Assembly (NCBI GenBank): GCA_963847185.1
Contig: CAWJYV010000004.1
Span: 215,864 to 279,863, forward strand
DNA from: an uncultured Methanosarcinaceae archaeon
Lineage (GTDB): Archaea; Halobacteriota; Methanosarcinia; Methanosarcinales; Methanosarcinaceae
Direction of reading: 5' to 3'
Length of the DNA stretch: 64,000 nucleotides
Within the stretch, counting starts at the first letter, position 1. The number at the start of each line of letters is the position of its first letter. This document shows positions 59,294-64,000 of the stretch, one piece after another. Below the pieces are notes generated by a model, which made no database searches, was not told the DNA's origin, and worked only from the letters and a program-made list of their open reading frames with translations. A program made the position numbers and the translations under genes.

Positions 59294-59587
59294 ATGGTAA
59301 CAAGACATCTTACTAAAATCGGCGTGTTTTCACTTGGAAAGATTTTTGGAGTAACTTATGCGGTAATAGGCCTCATATTAGGAGCTATAATGACTCTCAT
59401 GTCGCTGTTAATGGGTTCCTCAATGGGAAACGAAGGAGCAGCCGTAGGCCTGGTTTTTGGGATAGGAGCTGTCATAATAGTACCCATCTTCTATGGAATT
59501 ATGGGCTTCGTCGGCGGTATAATCACAGCGCTGGTGTTTAATGCAGTAACCGGATTCATTGGTGGTCTGGAAATAGAAGTGGAATGA
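59294..59587 (+). CDS. Small membrane protein (DUF3566-like)
   Basis: KIGVFSLGKI, two or three Gly-rich TM helices and FN...IGGLEIEVE; GGAG RBS upstream. Confidence 0.75.
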   Translation: MVTRHLTKIGVFSLGKIFGVTYAVIGLILGAIMTLMSLLMGSSMGNEGAAVGLVFGIGAVIIVPIFYGIMGFVGGIITALVFNAVTGFIGGLEIEVE

Positions 59588-59761
59588 GCCTGTAAAGTTT
59601 CTATCTTTTTTTAGTTGATTTTTTCCCGAATTATTAAAGATGAGAGGTTCTTATGAATCTCTCTGAGTTTCAATTCTTTTTAATGGATTTATAGCAAATA
59701 AAACCATTCTGCCTGCTATCTCTGCTAGAATGTGCTGGAAAATCATTGACACAGCCGCACT

Positions 59762-60022
59762 TCAAACATACTCTTTATAGAGATCACATCTCATGCAATC
59801 AGCACAATGATCTTTATCCCTGCATCTACGGAGTTCAGCAGCAACTTGCACCATCTCTCCACGAGCTTTTTCGTGAAGATCTTCCAATACTTTAAATCGC
59901 CTTGCTTTAAGCTCGTAGCAGTTTGGATTTTTAGCAATTTCAAGATCAAGGTTTCGCAGTTTCAAAGCAACGTCGACTATGTACTTGCTCTGGTCAACAA
60001 TCTCTTCATTTATGTCACTCAT
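59762..60022 (-). CDS. Small hypothetical protein with a C-terminal Cys cluster
   Basis: 86 aa with a helical body and C-x5-C-x2-C-x2-C; GGGGG RBS-like sequence upstream. Confidence 0.65.
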   Translation of the reverse strand: MSDINEEIVDQSKYIVDVALKLRNLDLEIAKNPNCYELKARRFKVLEDLHEKARGEMVQVAAELRRCRDKDHCADCMRCDLYKEYV

Positions 60023-60650
60023 ATAATTTCCCCCATTTTATAGTATAATTCTTTGAAAAGAGCCATCTAGCAGCCTACCAGTTTTATCCTCGTTTCCATC
60101 GGTGCTTAAATACGGAGTCACCAAGTTAGTTGAATTTTATATGGATAATATTGAATTAGTTAAAGAACAGTAATTATACTGTGCATAAAATATTAATAGA
60201 TTCTGATCCGCAGTGTCACCTAACGGAAAAACGCATATGAAATTATTCGAATAACAGGGACAAATACGTGAAAGTCCTTTTCACTTACCTTTTTGTTATT
60301 TGCTACATCATTACCTCAGGACAGTAAGATTGTCTTTTTTTGTTTCCTTTTTGGGCATAGAGCTCGAGGCTTTTTGCAAGAGGCAGGTCATGAAAGAAAA
60401 CTTATCGATTGTAATTTTATCGGCTGACATCTTCCTCAACCAGTTGACTGCTTTAAAACTAGATAAACTGCTTTACTTTTTTCCATGGGAAACTTCTTGT
60501 GAATAGAAAGAATGGGAGATAATGAGAGCAAAAGGTATATTTCGGAAGCTTATTTGAGTCTTGGCTAAAAAAATTAATATGTAATGCAGTCTTTACTGAG
60601 ATTATTAAAATGCATTTCCGATTAATTAGAAAAATGGAGGGAAGAATACC

Positions 60651-61454
60651 GTGATGGATAGTGAAATACAGAAACTAAGACATCCTGCTGAAATACCTCT
60701 TTTTGTTATCTCTCTACTTGTCAGTATTTTTATTTATATCACATTGATGATGGGCCCGATTTTATATCCTGATGAAATCGGGAGCGAGTATTTGCTAATA
60801 GTCCCGGCAGCGATTGTTTTTCTTTCATTCATTTCCGGACAAACGTATGGACAGATGATGTCAAACGCAATCAGGATCTCAGAAAAGCAGTTTCCAGAAC
60901 TCTATGAAATTATAAAGCGGCTTTCCCTTGAGTTGAACCTCAACGAAGTTCCTGATGCTTTTCTTATCCAGGAAGGAGGACTACTAAACGCTTTCGCTAC
61001 CCGCCTGTACTTCAGAAGGAATTATATGGTTTTTTATGCGGACATCGTTGAGGTCGCATACAGGGAAGGAGACTTTAATTCTCTGGAATTCATAATTGCC
61101 CATGAAATGGCTCATATAAAAGCCGGGCATGTGACCCTGCTCTATAACCTGGCTATCTTTCCGATTGCTTATGTTCCCATTCTCAAGAACTTCTTATGGA
61201 CTGCGTTAAGCAGGGCAAGAGAATACACATCGGACAGGATTGCGATAAGAATAGCTCCTTTAGGGAAAAGAGGGCTCATTGTCCTTTCCGCAGGCGAACA
61301 TCTTTACAAAGATGTAAATTACGAAGAATATCTAAAAATCGCAAGGGCTCCTGAAGGTTTCTGGATCTGGTCAAATAATCTGCTTTCAACGCATCCTGCT
61401 CTGATCAGGAGAATAAAAGCAGTAAATGAAGGCAATCCGGGAAAGATTTTTTGA
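60651..61454 (+). CDS. M48-family (HtpX/Ste24-like) zinc metallopeptidase
   Basis: NAFA, HEMAH (HExxH), SRAREYTSD and STHP; GGAGG RBS. Confidence 0.92.
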   Translation: MMDSEIQKLRHPAEIPLFVISLLVSIFIYITLMMGPILYPDEIGSEYLLIVPAAIVFLSFISGQTYGQMMSNAIRISEKQFPELYEIIKRLSLELNLNEVPDAFLIQEGGLLNAFATRLYFRRNYMVFYADIVEVAYREGDFNSLEFIIAHEMAHIKAGHVTLLYNLAIFPIAYVPILKNFLWTALSRAREYTSDRIAIRIAPLGKRGLIVLSAGEHLYKDVNYEEYLKIARAPEGFWIWSNNLLSTHPALIRRIKAVNEGNPGKIF

Positions 61455-61963
61455 AATTTCCTGAAAAATTTACCTGAAAATTACTTTCTATATTCTTTCT
61501 TTTCTTTTTTTCTCTTCTTTCCATCTATCCTGAGTTCACACATTTTAAGCGTATAGATACAATTCTGTGAATTTATCGGTCGTGCACTATTAATTGGTTG
61601 ATGTTATTTCCAAAACACTCTTAGTGCCGCTCATATCTTTTTTGCAATTCGGTAAGGTGATTCAGTGAGGTTATAGTGGACGTGCTTTGATGAACAAAAA
61701 GTAAGCATTTCTACAACTGGAAAATTAATCATGAAAACATCAACCGGATAACAAGGGACGATCAAACGAGTTATTGCGTCAGTATTTTAAAATTGAGATA
61801 GACGCTTAATTGCCTCTTGAGTCATATTTCTTTTTCGTTATTAGTCATTTGATATATATTTAGTCCAATTATGACTCTTTTTATAGATTTTAAGTATTAT
61901 AATAGAAATATTTTTTATATAAATAGGCCATATATTCTATAATAAGTTAAAGGGGGCGTAAAA

Positions 61964-62455
61964 ATGGGTCAAATTCCAGGTTATAGAGACGACAAATTCA
62001 TGACAATTGTTAATGAATCTGAGTATTACAAGGTCATAATCAAAGGGCTTCACAGAGAGTACCCAGATGCAGATGAAGTCAAAATAGAAAAGATGGCTCG
62101 ATTAGAGTTCGACATTATGTTCATCTTGAGAGACACAGCATATTATCAGGGCAAGTTCCATTATATGGATCAGAAATGGATTACTCAAAAACTAAGAGAG
62201 TTTGGCAGAATTGCTGACGACACAAGTGCTGATGATATATTAAGTGCTATTGATGGAAATACCAGAAGGTTTCGAATCTTTGCACAACCTTTCAACAACT
62301 GTGGCAAAACAATATATAAGTACATATATCAGGCACACTATAAACCGAAAGTTGATGAATCCATCGAAAAACCAGTCGGACAACCGCCTGCTCGCGTAGA
62401 GGTCAACCCATTCGTGACAGATGAGTATAAAATGATTATGGGTGACAAGAAATAA
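61964..62455 (+). CDS. Hypothetical protein (ORFan-like)
   Basis: 163-aa ORF with an AGGGGG RBS and a TATA-like TTTATATA about 45 nt upstream. No domain recognised. Confidence 0.7.
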   Translation: MGQIPGYRDDKFMTIVNESEYYKVIIKGLHREYPDADEVKIEKMARLEFDIMFILRDTAYYQGKFHYMDQKWITQKLREFGRIADDTSADDILSAIDGNTRRFRIFAQPFNNCGKTIYKYIYQAHYKPKVDESIEKPVGQPPARVEVNPFVTDEYKMIMGDKK

Positions 62456-63172
62456 CCACAATAATCTTTCAGAAGCTCTGAGCCAATTGTACGGGATAAA
62501 TCAAAATAAATATATACCCGTAGGCTGTGAAGCCTTTAGAATTGAGCAATAGGAGAAAAAAATATTATTTGAAGTTCTGATACAACCCAAGGTAAAATTC
62601 GAGGTTTGCGTCTTCAGTTGGTAATGCTTTTTTGTCTGACACAAATTCTACATTTATCAAGTGCTGTTTGATAATCCTCTACAGACCAGTAAATTACACT
62701 TCATAGCATATCTGTCAAGCAGTTTGTAAGCATCGTGAAGTTCCTGTATGGCATATTCTAAGTAGCGAGTTTTGTACTTTAACCTCAAATTTATTAAATA
62801 GGGGTGAAGAGGAGGCACCAATACCCCGCTCTTCAGGATGTCCAATAATTATTATGAGTAACATTAAATTCCGTCCATAGCGATCAAAGACTGTAAAATC
62901 AAAGATGCTGGCGCCTTCGAGTACTCTGTGAAGCCTGCAAAATTTTCAGGAAAGACATGAGGAAGCTGCTTTCAATCAAGTGTAGAGGTTCAGTGTTAGT
63001 TGTAAGAAGGTAAGAATGTCTTGCTTGTCAAAGTACCAGTTGTACATTAAGGGCGACCAGATAAAAAGTTAAAACGAAGCTACCAAAAGCAAATCACATA
63101 AATGTTTTTTCCATATAGTAAATTCCCAAAAGGATTATCAGCCTTTATGGAGCTAACCCTGTTTGAAATTCT

Positions 63173-63568
63173 TCACTTTGAGGAAGTAAGAGACAATTGT
63201 TTGCTCATTACTTTAAGCTTCTTGATTACTGAAACGGTTACCAGATTCTTTGTAAATTTTGTCTTCGTAATAACTTATGATCTCGTCAACAGGAGCTGCA
63301 AGAGAATAAATCTTCATCGGCCGTCCTTTTCCAGGCTTTTTTTCCGAGCGCACACTGATCCAGAATTGATTGTGCATTAATCTTATTGCAATACTTACTT
63401 CGGGCTGCCTTAATCCAGTACTTATTTCAATTTCCCGGCTGAAGCTTAGTCTACATTCATAAGATATGCCATGGTTGTGGCGACATTTCTTAACATCCCG
63501 AGATTCCTTAACGTTTCAATAAAAATATGGTCTTCTTTGTCCAGCATTTTTACTTCAAAGTCTTTCAT
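63173..63568 (-). pseudogene. Disrupted winged-HTH transcriptional regulator (COG4738-like)
   Basis: Manual translation gives MKDFEVKMLDKEDHIFIETLRNLG...AYLMNVD* (TAA at 63446-63448). After a frameshift it continues REIEISTGLRQPEVSIA...KGRPMKIYSL, and after a second shift IKKLKVMSKQLSLTSSK*. Confidence 0.85.
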
Positions 63569-64000
63569 GATAACCCCTTGATATTTCTATTTTTATGATA
63601 GTTTGTCAGCTTAAAGAATGCTTTTATAATTACTCATTAAAGTTTATTCTACTTTATAAATGTTTTTATTATGTGTTCGTTTACATGATTTTTGGTAGCT
63701 TGAGATTTAAAGAATTTTGATTTTTTGGTCCAAGTGCATAAGTCCTAATACATTAAAAATTGACACTTCATGAACTATGATTTTGTAGTTCTACAGTAAC
63801 TATTTTATCGGTTTTAAATGGAAAGGTGTCCAGTAATATTCAGTTGATATTATATCTTATGATTAATATAGAGCCTATCCCAAAACCTATTTTTTTCCAT
63901 ATCCATAGGAATTTCATAATTACTTTCCTGATCAGTAGCTCAATTAAATGTTTTTAAGTTGAGATTCGAAGAAATAGTTTTTGAGTTTTGGGATCAGCTC

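Overview
A 64-kb stretch of archaeal chromosome, almost certainly from a Methanosarcina-type methanogen. The evidence is an archaeal AspRS, a group II chaperonin, a DUF2121 connectase, MEDS/PocR-PAS-HisKA_2 kinases, TATA-type promoters and long AT-rich intergenic regions. Core genes include carB (partial), carA, aspS, rpiA, a thermosome subunit, adenine deaminase, a U32/RlhA-like Fe-S hydroxylase and an S4+FtsJ RNA methyltransferase. These are interspersed with accessory genes: mprF, a MATE pump, a CPBP protease, a MacB-type ABC operon with a COG1361 protein, a flippase, two sensor kinases, TPR and ricin-B proteins, an M48 peptidase and several ORFans. I saw no rRNA, tRNA, CRISPR array, integrase or intact transposase. 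Three genes carry single-base frameshifts in A-runs, and one regulator is a multiply disrupted pseudogene. The most notable observations are: (i) two copies of a modular, REP/MITE-like palindromic element built around GCGAAGC; (ii) a connectase gene lying head-to-head with a catalytically truncated IS630-type HTH gene that is followed by a 15-bp tandem array; (iii) several candidate structured non-coding RNAs or leader regions; (iv) two distant paralogues of a Cys-His-acid, transglutaminase-like exported protein; (v) an archaeal MprF with an in-frame tandem repeat; and (vi) many short tandem duplications, several of which insert low-complexity segments into proteins. All family assignments come from recognising motifs by eye, not from database searches. 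I found no complete multi-gene novel system that the sequence alone can prove.
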